A stretch of DNA of 64,000 bases, from the NCBI GenBank assembly GCA_051294905.1, contig CM119374.1, positions 20,212,001-20,276,000 on the forward strand. Reading direction: 5' to 3'. Each line of letters starts with the position of its first letter. Position 1 is the first letter of the stretch. Below the pieces are notes generated by a model that was given only the letters and a program-made list of their open reading frames with translations, was not told the DNA's origin and did not search any database. Shown here piece after piece: positions 49,693-61,341 of this stretch. A program made the translations under genes and the position numbers. Origin of the DNA: Botryllus schlosseri. Taxonomy: Eukaryota.

Positions 49693-49943
49693 CAACCCAG
49701 TTTTAACGGTATATATGTTGATTATTATATTGGTAATTATGAATATCACATAGGATATAGTCAGTAGAACGTTTGTCATTTCCTGTATAACGTTTCGAGA
49801 TACTATATGTGATAACCATAATACGGCGTTACCAAAATATTTCATTTCCTGTATCATGTTTCAAAATATTCTACTGACTATATCCTATGTGTTATTTATA
49901 ATTACCAATATAATTATCAAGATATATACCGTTAAACTAGTTG
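49693..49943. repeat. Foldback MITE with ~75-bp inverted arms between the two SLC22 genes
   Basis: CAACCCAGTTTTAACGGTATATATGTTGATTATTATATTGGTAATTATGAATATCACATAGGATATAGTCAGTAGAA is mirrored at 49868-49943. Confidence 0.8.
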
Positions 49944-50263
49944 AGTATTCGGTAAAAGTAGAGATAATTCAGGGAGCGCTAAAGATATGCCGAACTTGAA
50001 TAGAAGACGATAAGTCAAAATAGTTCCGGACCCACTTCTCTAGATTTAAGCATGTCACAATGATAGACCATTTCATATAAATGTTATTTTCGCTACAACA
50101 TATATATAGACTTGAGCAGTCACCTCTACATTCACCTAGAACTCCCCGTGATGGTATATAATCTGTATGATAACAAACAAATTCGTGAGACGCTATTTCA
50201 TCGTCCTCAGCAGTTCCTCCACTTCACACATAAAGGATTTGAAATTAAAACAATATGATCCGG

Positions 50264-53200
50264 TCACAAAACGACATCGCTCCGTACTTTCCCCTCATTT
50301 TCGCTGATGGCCACTGCCGCATAACTGGAGCCGTCACTGTCAAATTGAGCAGGTGAATTTACGTGCCTTTCTTATGCGACATTTCCTATAAATGTTACAA
50401 ACCCGGGTGTGCTCGTTTTTCCTAGCAAGCGAGATATCCCCATACTATTTTTGTAGAAATCCTCCGCCTGGTCGAAAGTCGAAAGTAAATCGACGTCAGA
50501 GGTTTCCGGAAGCAGCAAACTGAAAACGCCACCGAGGATACCCATTACGCCGAATATTGTCTGCAAAATGAATTGCAGAGGTAATCATGACAAAACAATT
50601 CTTAAGTTTACAGCCAGCGGTGCAGCCATGAGGGGTGAGGCAAAAGACACGGACGCCTGCTCCCAATTTACGATTCATGTATTATGATTGGAGTTGTGGG
50701 ACAAAATAGAATACCGGATTGAAAAGCCAAGCAGTTTTATTCCGCCTACAAATCCGGCATTGCGGATTAAAAGCACATCTCAACAGAATTGGTTTGTTGG
50801 ATTCTCAAAATTACAAATGGTGTAATGAACTATAGCTGACGTATCACCCTACTTAATGGATTGTCGAAAGTACACTCGCCAAGGGAAAGCGCTGATTAAC
50901 AAATACTCGCTCCTCAGAGTACCAATCTAATTGTAAGTCCTACTGACAGACTCACGGCTCTTCAAGGATGTCATAGATTTCATTCTGTCAACGATTTCAG
51001 TCGTCTAATGCATGAACTTAACAATTATCGCGAGAATGGCGAACAAAACCATTGAGTTGAAGTCGTCATTCAAATGATACTTAGCAATAACAGATTGATT
51101 TGATACTGAATCGGGTATCACTTATTATGATGTCATATCAGTATGAATGACTTGGAAAGTTCACCTAAATGACGTTTATGCGAACACGATCAAAATAATG
51201 TCTATTGTTTGTTCTTCCAAAAGTTGTAGAATTATGACATGAATGTATAAATACTTTCGAAGAAACATGTAGTATGAGCCAATAGACGATTTTCATGACT
51301 TATACGAAATGTGTAACCCTCGTAATCGTCGTCGGTGCAACAGTTATAGCACGTAGTTATGCACATCATTGGTACGGAATGGATGTTCTTATGATGATGA
51401 CCGCCGACCGCAAAATTCCTGCATTACGATGTAGACCTGGTCAAAGATATTTTTGGTCCGTTTAAGACAGGGATCGGAAGCCTTTTTCGACAAAGGAGGC
51501 ATATTTACCCTATATTTTCAATTGTCAATGCCCTTCCACTGTGACTTCACAATTATTTGTGACGTCATGCCTGAAAACACAATAAAAACACCTTTTAAAC
51601 AAGGACCGCGTTTTAAACATGTTCGTTTTAATTTGATTTTTGTTTTAAATGCAACCCTATCGGTAACGCTTTGCGTTTATCCACGCCGTGATATTGCTGC
51701 CATGGAATCATGTAAATACGCGGATTGAGTTGGCGAACAAACTTGAAGCTATGTCGCGTGGTTGGCTTCGAGAAAAACGAGAAAACGCTCACCTGAGTCA
51801 GCCACGGCACTGATATTTGCAGCTGTAGCGTGAAAGGCAATATAATGGTGCCAATTCGGGCAGCGATAGACCCCATTGCCATGGCCGTGCCTCTGTACAT
51901 GTAAATACATAAATTCTACGACATGAAGGTGAATACTCGACGATACCCGTACCTGGCCAATGTGGGATAAAGTTCCGTAGTGTATTTGTAAATCACGGTA
52001 AACATTATCGTTGCGAATAGTTTTCCGACGAGCGCGAACCATTTCGCGCCTTCAATCATCCCTGTGCGTTACACCGTTACAGATCAAAATCGAAACTGAT
52101 CAAATTGATAAGCAAACGTGGTGGCTGTTGCCAGAATCGGACTAACATGTCATATGGCAACTTTAGGTACACTGTGAATTCAATTTCTTTCGCTTATCGC
52201 AACAGTGCGCGGAAAGGGTCGCTTAGGACTGTTGAAAATCAATCAAGTTTAGGTACGAGCAATAGTTTTAATAGCCCTGCTAGTATAATGAGGTAACTGC
52301 TAAAAGAAGATATTGAGGATTTCGAAATTGCTCTGGTAAATCTAGTCTATATTGTATGTATACCGTAGCATATATTTACACTTGCATACATATTCTCGTC
52401 AATATCCCGAGGCAGCGCTCAATGTATAACATTTGCTGAAGCAAAATTGTAGGTTTGGTTATTCTCAATATTGCTTCAGAAATTGAATAGCATATTCATA
52501 TTGAAATGAACCCAAAATTTTCGGTTGACACTCGTCAGGGGTAATCGTAAGCAACTATAGTAGAGATTACCCCTGACAAGTGTCAGGCGAAAATATTTGG
52601 GTTCATTTCAATATGAATATACTATTCAATTGTATAATGAAGTTCTGTACCTCCAAGAAGCTGCTTCAGAAATGTTGAATTTGAAAAACATTGCCCATGA
52701 ATTAGAAATAGAAGTCAAAATATATAGGCCTACATATGATCTGCTCTCTACATTGGAGAATCTAATCTGCTTTGAGAATGGAAGTTATATCAAATCCAGG
52801 TCAATTGATTTAGTACGAAACTGCAAAATAAGATAACCATCTCAAATGCTAACTGTTTTGTTAATGGCTAAATCCATACCATACGCGTGCTATATTTCCT
52901 GATATTAAGTGACCCACAGTCATAGCAAAGGCTCACCTTCGTTTCCACTTGAAAATTGAGTAAATATCATTGTTAAGAGACAGCAGAAGCCCGACATGAA
53001 ATATGTAATAGAGCACGAGATTCTCATCCCAGCATAGCGGAAAATTACCCAGAGTACGCCATACGATAGTACTTCGACCGAGCCATTCAGGATGCCGTTG
53101 ATATGAGGATGGCCTGTGACGTAACACACAGATACAGATTATATGTAATCAAAACCCGCCTCAAGTAAGCTCGTCGTAACTTACCTGACAGTCTCCACAC

Positions 53201-56200
53201 GTTCAGCACAAGTCCGTAAAACACCATGCTACACTCGCACCACAGATAAATTACTAAAAAGGAGACTGTTCGCATCCCTGGAAGTCGGAACAAATCACGC
53301 ATAGTAAATTTCTGTCCGTTGCCCCCTTGAGCTTTCTGCAAAGTGAAAAAATAAGAACATAGGCGAAACACATGGTCACAAGATTACAGGGTCACAACGG
53401 GATATCAAATATATATCCAAGTTTCAAGGCATATCTTTTACTTTTCTACGCATCAAGGACCGTACATAAGGTTGAAAATTCAGCTTTAAATCTATAGTGG
53501 TTAGAGAGGTACCGACGACTCGTCTGTCCCAATATGCACCGTACCTTGAAATTTTCAGTGACAAAGGGGTATCCAGAACAGCTTATTTCAAAATAAACTA
53601 TAGTTAATAGCGGTGATTCAAAGTCAGAATCACGATCTGAGATAAATGGGTAGCGTGTTACAGTTTCAGTTTCAAAATAGATGAATTAGTAAAAGCCGTT
53701 TGCATACATTCACGTTATCGGACTCGGTCTTCACCACCTCTTCCCAATGTTCTTCATTCAATATCTTTTCGTGACTTCGCGCGTACCTTTCAGCCACTTT
53801 GCGCGCGTCGTTTATCCTTCCTTTTCCTATGAGCCACCTTCAATAATAGATATATCCTTTTCATTTTTGGATGAGCTGGTAAATCTACAATTGTCAATGC
53901 TTTACTGGTCAACTGGGCAATTTCAGCACTACCTTTTATACATACGATTCATAGACGTACTCACACGCAAACCAAGTTCGGTATTAGTCGATCGATTCAT
54001 AAACGAGCTTAAATCGTTTATGTTATGAGAAATCACTGTGAACTTCATTTGAGCGAAAATTCTTCAAGGTAAATGTATGAAGTTGTTTAATACTATTGAT
54101 ACCTGCATATATTGCATATACAATACGAATAATAAAGTAGCGTCGTCGAGAAATTTATCGTGTTGATAAAACTTGAGCACACGGTTAAGACTAGAGATGG
54201 TGCGAACCTCTGAAAGGTTCAGGTTCGTGTGAACGCGAACGTATTTGAAAGGTTCTGTGTGAACGCGAACGTGAACCTCATGACGTCACGTGACGTCATA
54301 TTGCTAATTCCAACCCTACATTTCAGTAAAGTGATAGCCTATATCAGTGCTTTTCAACCTTTCGGAGCTCCGTTCGCACTTTTTTTGTAAAATAAATTTC
54401 ATTCGCACAAACTAATCGAAAATTGTTATGCGAAAAGAAGATGAAGTTAGGCCAATACTTAACAATATTTTGTTTAGATGTGCAATAAATTGGCTGCTAT
54501 GTAGCTTAAGCTATCAAGTGTCTCATTAAAAAGGCAACTTTTTTTCGCTCGTTTTGCTTTAAATTATTTCAATAAATCCTTCTCGGCCAAACAATGTTGT
54601 TGGGGATTTGTACAAGAACGTCTACTAGTGTTTGGATGGTCAGGTCTTAAAATCTGTTCTGCACTCCTATCCAAAATACAGCGTATTTTTCGTTAGTGAA
54701 AAATCCCTGCTGGCAGAAATCGTTTTTGAGAGCTGACACAAATATCCCGGAGGCTCCAGTTTTTCGAAAGGATGAAAAACCCATATGTTTGTCTTGAGGC
54801 TTTTGCCTTGTGTCTTTGGAACATGGGGTGCAAAACGATCAAGGAGAGTATAGGCACATTAGAGCGCGCTACCTGATGATACGTTGCTCCAACTTCTGTC
54901 TCGCAAGTTTATGAGAAGAGCAAATAACTCACGATACTGTGTGTTCTACTCTTTAGCTCCATATAACTTGAGAATTCATGACAGTTTAATAACGGTGAAG
55001 CAGCTTTTATACTACCACCAAAACCTGAGTTTTTGTGGCATCTCGCGACCCGAGCCTCACCCATGAAAATAAATTTATTTTTAATATTACAGTTGTATGC
55101 TACAATTTTACGGGTATGTATGACATACAGAACCCGCACACCACAATTTCACCAACACAGCTCTACAAAACATGTCTGACGCACGCGATTTCAAAGTAGG
55201 GCGAATTAAATTCCTCTGCGTATCGCAGTTGTACTACTGTCTACTCAGATTGCAAGAACGGGACTATTCCGTCCGACAACGGGGCATATCCAATCCATCT
55301 CGAAAGGTTTGGCCATCCAGCATAGGTCATTTTAGACCGAGGTTTTGTCGCCGCTTATGTTTTTGGCACCGCATTTTATCAGCGGTTTGTTCGCCAAAAC
55401 TTTACGTCTTCTTGCGCCCCGACGCAGAAGGAGTTGGCCACGCAATGAATGAGTCTCATAGGCCTGAACTCGCTCGTTGCACACTCCTACACTAGTTCAT
55501 CCCAACGGTCTTCGACCATGTTTTCCAGAAAAAACAGTCGGACAAATCTTATCATGAATTCTCATGATAAGCCATATTAAATGCGCGTCTCGCTTATTGG
55601 CTACAGTACCCAGCACAGTAATCTTGGATATGTAAAAACGATCGCAGGATTTTTTGCAATAAATACAACAAATATTACATACATATTAACAGGTAGTTCT
55701 GGCGCCGTGTCGACCCAAAATTATACCCTTTGCGATCCATACTTTAATAACCCTTAGGGGTAGAAATTTGCGTTACAGTAACTTGCAAATGTGAGTATGT
55801 AATGATGGTATTTACTAATATTCTCGTGCCTCGCGCTGATCGAACAGTTATTACGAAAATACTATGATTGTTTAGCGAAAGAAAGCAGCCTGTCGCAGGC
55901 TCAGACCGGCTGATATACTGTAGGTCTGCCACTATATAGATTATAGAGATCTCTATACTGCCACTACACCAGCTTCCAAACCAGGCTTTTCGTTAAGTAA
56001 TAATTATAGTGCGGGAATATTAATTCACTACGGCTTGTGAGAGCTACGATTACTGGTGCGTCGTATCAAGTTTTTACAATTGCGTCGCAACTACAAATGT
56101 TACACTGATCTTAAATTTCCTATTAGGTTTATTTGAATTATTCCACGTCAGAAAAGTAAACAATTAATCACGATTTTCATTCGCACTTGATCCGGATTTT

Positions 56201-57662
56201 CATTCGCACTATTCGCACCACCTTCGTCATTCGCACTGCAATTTTTTTCATTCGCACAAGTGCGAACCGTCACACAGGTTGAAAAGCACTGGCCTATATG
56301 AATATACACGATACCTAGCGACGACTCGGGCCACAATGCTGAAGTACATATTGACGTTTTAAACGTTGCCAAATGTATCAACTGGGGCAATCAAATGATA
56401 TAATAATCCCATAAAATCAATATCTTCCGTCGCTTTGCCAACAATTTCGACGAGGACTTGCAAGGGAATATAAGTTTACGCCTTAACGGTCTAGGCCAGA
56501 CCGAACAATGTATTCGGTGTCTGAGTATTGCTACGTTGATATTGAGCAGAGTGTAAAACCGGTTTCTATACTTGCTGCCTATATTACCCCACAAGTTATA
56601 CAGCAGCCAGTACCCCAATCGCAGTATTTGGTTTTTATGGTACAATAAACATATGAAATGAAGATTGACCCCGTACGCTTGCTAGATTTTTAACATCAGA
56701 CAACGATATCAATTTCATTGATTGGTTCAATAAGCATCATTCGCTGACTACCTACATGTATTTCGCTCTTGTTGTTGTGTGGTTGCGGGTCATGCTCACA
56801 GAAGAGAGACACTAAATATTCGAGCAAACCTTTGTAATAAACAAGTAAGATTTTTGAGATCGTCAACGTGCATGCTCGTTTAGTGTTGATTTTTTATGCT
56901 GCCAGTGCCATGTATATAGTGGCCCACAGTTGAAATGCAATATATTTCAACAAAAGATGTTATATATTGAAGTGAAAATTGTAATATATGAAAAAGGTTC
57001 ACAGTGCAGAACCTACAAAGGTTCGTTTATGAACGATGAACCTCTAAATTTCTGAGGCTCACACAAAGAACGCGAACCTCACGTTCACACCATCCCTAGT
57101 TAAGACAATATTCATGAGGCTGTCGTAGGTTGGGCTCGGTCAGATCCGTTGTTATCAATTGCTTTGTCGTTCATTTTCATTTTTCATTTCACATTGAAGT
57201 CAAGAAATCTAGTGACAAGGAATAGCGTAGAAAAATTTCAAGTTGAATAGATTGGGGAAATGGCATGGCCTCTTTCGCATCCCCTGGATACATAACGAGT
57301 ATAGCATTTGACTCATTTCGCTGTAAGGTTTGCTTGGCATCCTATCTTAGCCAGCTAAGACTGTAATGTAATCTTACCTGGGAGATTCGGGGAGGAAGAA
57401 AAATGCCGCTAGATAGGAGGCTGGTAGACAAGCGATGCATATTGCCAAGTCTCTCCAATCGCGAATCAGCATGCCAAAGACGGGCAAAATAGCGTGTGAT
57501 ATTGCGCTTACCATGTTTGCATATAACGTTGTGGCAACCCTACACTTTGTAGGCGACATTTCGATCACTAGAGAAATGAAAATACGCATCATTTATTCAG
57601 TCGATGCAGCTCACAAACAGTGAGAGCGAAGTATAATCAGCGTGTACTCAAAGTACTCACTG

Positions 57663-57704
<42 letters not shown>

Positions 57705-59554
57705 ATGGATTGTGATCTCTGAGCAGTTTCATGCTTCTTAGTATTTACTATTACTTACCATAGGTAAAGTAACAAATATAGCACGGTAGAGCTGACATCC
57801 CAACTACCACTCTCATTGCAATATAAACCTCATACGACGGAGAAAATGCTACACCAAGCCCTCCCAAAATGGTAACGAAACAGGCAACGAGCATGCTTAC
57901 CCTCCGTCCAAACCTTGAATTGAATGGAAAACATTAAAAACAACAGCCAAAACAAGTAACAAGATTTGTCAATATACCAGTCCATCATCGGCCCTATAAA
58001 CATTGATCCGATAAGAACTCCGACAAAATACAAGGAGATAGCAACAGAATCCAAAGTTACCCGATTGCAAACAAGGTCCCACTGCAAATAATTGAGCATG
58101 CCGCAAGGTATGAATGTATTTATACATTTGTTATACCTCCGACACAGTTGTCCTCTCGTAGTACGTCTTGTCGTAAATGAAGCCGTGATCGCATGGTATT
58201 GTGACGTTCGCTGATCCCGTAACACATGACAGATTTCCGTAAGCAGCGCACATGCTTAAATCATAGTCATATCTGGAGCAGGGGTCATCTTCCTATTATG
58301 CAATAGGATAACACAAAACCGATCCGGTGAGTACAGCAAAATATAAATTTCAGACAGCATAAATGAATTATAATTATAATTATTCTTGTTCAATTGTTCA
58401 TGCATGATATCCTCATATGCTCACTGCTCACATGGCATTTGAGGGGCATCATTGTGTAGTCTGTGTTAACTACACGTCACAATGAATCCGTGACGTCAAC
58501 GTGTCGTTGACAAATCCACTCCTGGTCTTACGCCTATGGATTGGATACCATTCGATTCTGACACACGCGACTTGATAGAGATACTGGCCCTGGCAATCCT
58601 AGGCGGCATAGGATGTGAGCAGTTCGCACTGTGCAGTGTGCAGTACGCTGGTGCAGTAAAGAACGTAGTTATCGGTACAAATGTGAAATCTGAAGTAGGG
58701 TTGGGTAAAATTGAGTAGGACTACCTGAGTGATTCGATTCTGAATCACGTGTTACGCTTCGAGTCGAGTCGAGTATTCGAGTATCACTCGTCATGGCGTC
58801 ACAACACAATGTACTATGTCAAAGTTCAAATATGTACCTTTTTATGCCACCAGAAAGAATATAACGTATGTTATCCGTCACATTAAAGATACTTTGGTAT
58901 TATTTCGACATTACCGATTTCATTGCACTTCTTGACAACGTTGTGTGATGATCATGACTTCAGAAATGTGTTATTTCCAGTAACGATCGTAGCTTTGTAC
59001 TATGTCTCGTATGCTGCGACACGGCTAATCAAGGCTTCAAGGCTTTCTCAGTGGAAAATAGTATCAAAGGTGTGATTCTCGTTGGTAAATTAACTTTCAG
59101 TTGCGAGGAGCGTATTATTTCAGTACTCGAAAAATTGTCTTTTGGTACTCGAATCAATATAATTATTACTCGATTCAGATTCGAGTACTCGAATCACTGT
59201 TCCCAGCCCTAATCTCAAGCAGTTAAAGACATACCGGTACCATCAGACGCGATATTTCTTCATTTGTCAACTCTGGATATAGCGTGCTGTTATCCAACAG
59301 AGGTATGAAGCATCTGTTGACAGATATTCCTTATCATCGATATTTTTCCATTCGTTTACTTTAAAGATAACCGAGGAATATATTAAAAACATAATCAACC
59401 ACTTCACCGACCTGAATTTTGGTACTGCGCTGAAGATTGCCGCGGACTGACTCATAAATGACGTCCCGAACGTTAGTGCAGTTACCGTAACAATTACCCC
59501 AATCTGGTAGTAGCTAATTCCTCCCAAGGCCTCCTGCAACCCGTCAAGATCCAT
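50264..59554 (-). CDS. SLC22: SLC22-family organic cation/anion transporter paralog 2 (MFS), 13 exons, 574 aa
   Basis: Exons (-) 59554-59412, 59313-59235, 58292-58137, 58081-57978, 57913-57759, 57567-57378, 53837-53708, 53335-53185, 53113-52937, 52061-51953, 51892-51793, 50560-50403 and 50336-50264 (1725 nt, intact). Same motifs as paralog 1. Confidence 0.93.
52481..52631. mobile_element. Foldback MITE family L
   Basis: Long inverted arms AATTGAATAG..TTCATATTGAAATGAACCCAAAA..TGACACTCGTCAGGGGTAATC and mirror image. Homologous to 28330-28545. Confidence 0.75.
54192..57098. mobile_element. Family E element (inverted) with nested element F
   Basis: TAGAGATGGTGCGAAC...GTTCACACCATCCCTA with perfect TSD GTTAAGAC. 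Confidence 0.9.
54345..56291 (-). mobile_element. Charlie/Buster-like hAT deletion derivative F nested in E
   Basis: Perfect TIR CAGTGCTTTTCAACCT and perfect TSD GCCTATAT. A degenerate minus-strand remnant VFWIGVQNRF*DL..DVLVQIP..(L)AEK at about 54570-54680 resembles the hAT dimerisation domain. Confidence 0.88.
57665..57700. repeat. (AG)18 microsatellite
   Basis: Uninterrupted AG run in intron 5 of SLC22 paralog 2. Confidence 0.97.
58696..59211. mobile_element. hAT MITE family H
   Basis: TIR TAGGGTTGGG/CCCAGCCCTA, TSD ATCTGAAG/ATCTCAAG (7/8), and GATTCGAGTACTCGAATC-type palindromic subterminal motifs. Confidence 0.8.
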
Positions 59555-59951
59555 ATCCAAAAAGACTGAGATCACTCGCGTAGTAGTAGCTTTTGACAGG
59601 CCTATATCGCGCTATGCTGATATCTGAAACGACGAAAACCTAACTGCTTAAAGCGTATGCTATTACGACTCGTCTTTCCCGCCCTAGGGTTTGTATACGT
59701 AACGCAAACCTGATAGAATGTCGCACCTCGACAATGTATTCTATTTGCAGTGTCGAGGAAAATAATGCTACATACCAAACAGAAAACAGCCAAGCTAATC
59801 TCGCTCAAGTTTAGGGATGGTTTCAAACCGATTGGTTACCGCCACGGTACGGCTACTGCCTGTTGCACGATTAAACTGCGTGGATTACGACGCAATGATA
59901 AATCGTCTTTATCGCGCTTCACAGATGCCGATTAGCACGCGCGGTTTTGTT

Positions 59952-60472
59952 GAGAGAGAGAGAGAGAGTCTTTATTTTCATCCGACCAAAATACATAACA
60001 AACGGCAGTGATGGTGGTACAGAAAATATGCATGCACAGTATTCGGTATTAGATAGGAATGATCGATAAGACCGTGAAGGTCATCTAGTCTGATCACACC
60101 AGCATCGAACAGGTACACTTAAATCTGAACAGTCTGGCTGTAAAATATGTTTAGTTAAAAAAGTAAAATAGAAGAAAAATTAAACGATGGTAGCAAATGA
60201 TCAATGAAGCAATGTCTGGGCGAGATAGGGCAGTGTTAGTATAACGACAGGAGGTGATCAAGTAGGTCTTTTTTTAATCTATTATAAGGCAATTCCAAAT
60301 GACAGGTCCTGAGTAGTCAATAGATCTCTTAGTTAGGTTGCTGTTTGGTGAGGGTAAGTAGATATTTCCCTTCGACGAGGATCTCGTGTAATGACTGTGG
60401 ACATTTTTAGCAGGTACGAAAAAGTCATTTAACCTTTGCACTCATGACTGGTTGGATAGTGGTTAATCGCTC
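59952..60472 (-). mobile_element. Second copy of the L2/CR1-group LINE 3' fragment, with (CT)n tail
   Basis: Colinear with 47095-48251 once the G insertion is removed. Ends ..GAAAATAAAGACTCTCTCTCTC on the minus strand. Confidence 0.78.
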
Positions 60473-60484
60473 ACGGATTCAATC

Positions 60485-61045
60485 ACAATTCACGGATATG
60501 CGGTGGTAATGCATTCCAGTTGATAGGAAGGAAGGACTTAGTTTATTTTTGTCCTTGATGTTTTTGCGGCATATACACCGACTCATGATACACGTTACAC
60601 ATACACACGATCTGCGCATATGCATACCATGAGTGCATGATGTGCATATGCCGCTGGACAAGGAAGTGCAGATATAGCCTTTACGGCTTTCTAAGACATG
60701 CACCACCCCTCCATGCTATCCCAGTAATGCATGAGCGCCAAGCAGGGAAGCCATGGATACCAGTGTTACTAATCAGGTCTTTGGTCTGACCCGGCCGGGA
60801 ATCGAACCCACGACCTACCGATCAAGAAGCCGGACGCTTAACCATTACGCTATCTTGTCGGTGTCGGATAGGTCCCGAGTAGTCAATAGATCTCTTAGTT
60901 AGGTTGCTATTGGGTGGTGGTAAGTAGATATTTCCCTCTGACGAGGATCTCGCGTAATGGGAATGGACATTTTTATCAGGTATGAAAAAGTCATCAAACA
61001 CATGAGGCAGACTATTGGAAAAATATTTATTTACTTTTGATACTT
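60485..61045 (-). mobile_element. Third LINE fragment (ORF2 C-terminal part) interrupted by a SINE
   Basis: Minus frame NKYFSNSLPHVFDDFFIPDKNVHSHYARSSSEGNIYLPPPNSNLTKRSIDYSGP, resuming as WNALPPHIRE after the SINE. Confidence 0.75.
60528..60866 (-). mobile_element. tRNA-derived SINE, MetaSINE-like
   Basis: A box GATAGCGTAATGG and B box GGTTCGATTCCC, followed by GGGTCAGACCAAAGAC..TGGTATCCATGGCTTCCCTGCTTGGCGCTCA. TSD CCTATC (GATAGG at 60522-60527 and 60867-60872). The Meta-domain assignment is from memory. Confidence 0.75.
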
Positions 61046-61049
61046 CGAA

Positions 61050-61341
61050 GCGATATAGTTCGACAATTCGCAAAATTCGATGCTTACGGTAGCAAGTAAA
61101 ATTTTGAGGTATGCTCGTTTGGTGTTGATTTTTTCGTGCTACCAGCGCCATGCATAGTGTGGCACGCAGTTCAAATGCAATGAATTTCATACAAAGATGC
61201 TATAATAAAGTGAAAATTGTAATAGATGAAAAAGGTTCACAGTGCAGAACCTACCAAGGTTCGTTTGTAAACGTGAACCTCTAAAATTCTGAGGTTCACC
61301 TACAGAACGCGAACGTGAACCTCACGTTCACACCATCCCTA
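61050..61341. mobile_element. Truncated family E element (one terminus)
   Basis: Ends GTTCACACCATCCCTA and is homologous to 56810-57098. Confidence 0.8.
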
